Made by a program: the position numbers and the translations under genes | The notes under the pieces: model-generated | Database searches by the model: none | The model's input: only the letters and a program-made list of their open reading frames with translations | What the model was told of the DNA's origin: nothing | Shown: positions 63,910-64,000 of the stretch, piece by piece | Position numbering within the stretch: the first letter of the stretch is position 1 | Layout: each line of letters starts with the position of its first letter | From: Octopus bimaculoides | Taxonomy: Eukaryota | Length of the DNA: 64,000 nucleotides | Reading direction: 5' to 3' | NCBI RefSeq assembly: GCF_001194135.2 | Contig: NC_068989.1 | Span: forward strand, 96,669,250 to 96,733,249

Positions 63910-64000
63910 ATATATATACATATAATATGCAGATACATATGTATGTAGGGGTGTGGTTTTTAAAAATTCTATGTATCAATAGTTGGTAATTAGAACTAAA

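Overview
AT-rich, repeat-dense eukaryotic DNA, most likely a coleoid cephalopod (Octopus-like). That is an inference from SINE/RTE families I recognise and the abundant (TA)n/(CA)n/(CAT)n tracts. Eight N gaps fall mostly at simple repeats, typical of a short-read assembly. There are no prokaryotic-style genes, rRNA, true tRNA or CRISPR, and nearly all listed ORFs are microsatellite or transposon read-through. A CpG-rich segment (~570-2620) contrasts with CpG-poor DNA on both sides and contains a plausible first coding exon (MAEICLDGGFKE|GTGAG). Several small, splice-flanked, phase-compatible segments (20348, 23714, 39497, 59518, 63482) suggest one long + strand gene that I cannot name; confidence is low to moderate. 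The rest is degenerate mobile DNA: CRE-like and R4/Dong-like RLE retrotransposons, Tx1/L1, two RTE types, CR1/L2, Penelope, Tigger/pogo plus a MITE, mariner, and three tRNA-derived SINE families. I cannot support a clearly new biological system. The best leads are a 28-bp pre-miRNA-like hairpin (8080-8142), the unnamed spliced ORF, a 39-bp inverted pair bracketing the promoter, two minisatellites born inside retroelements, and an in-frame amplification of the first APE-endonuclease motif. TE boundaries are approximate unless stated.
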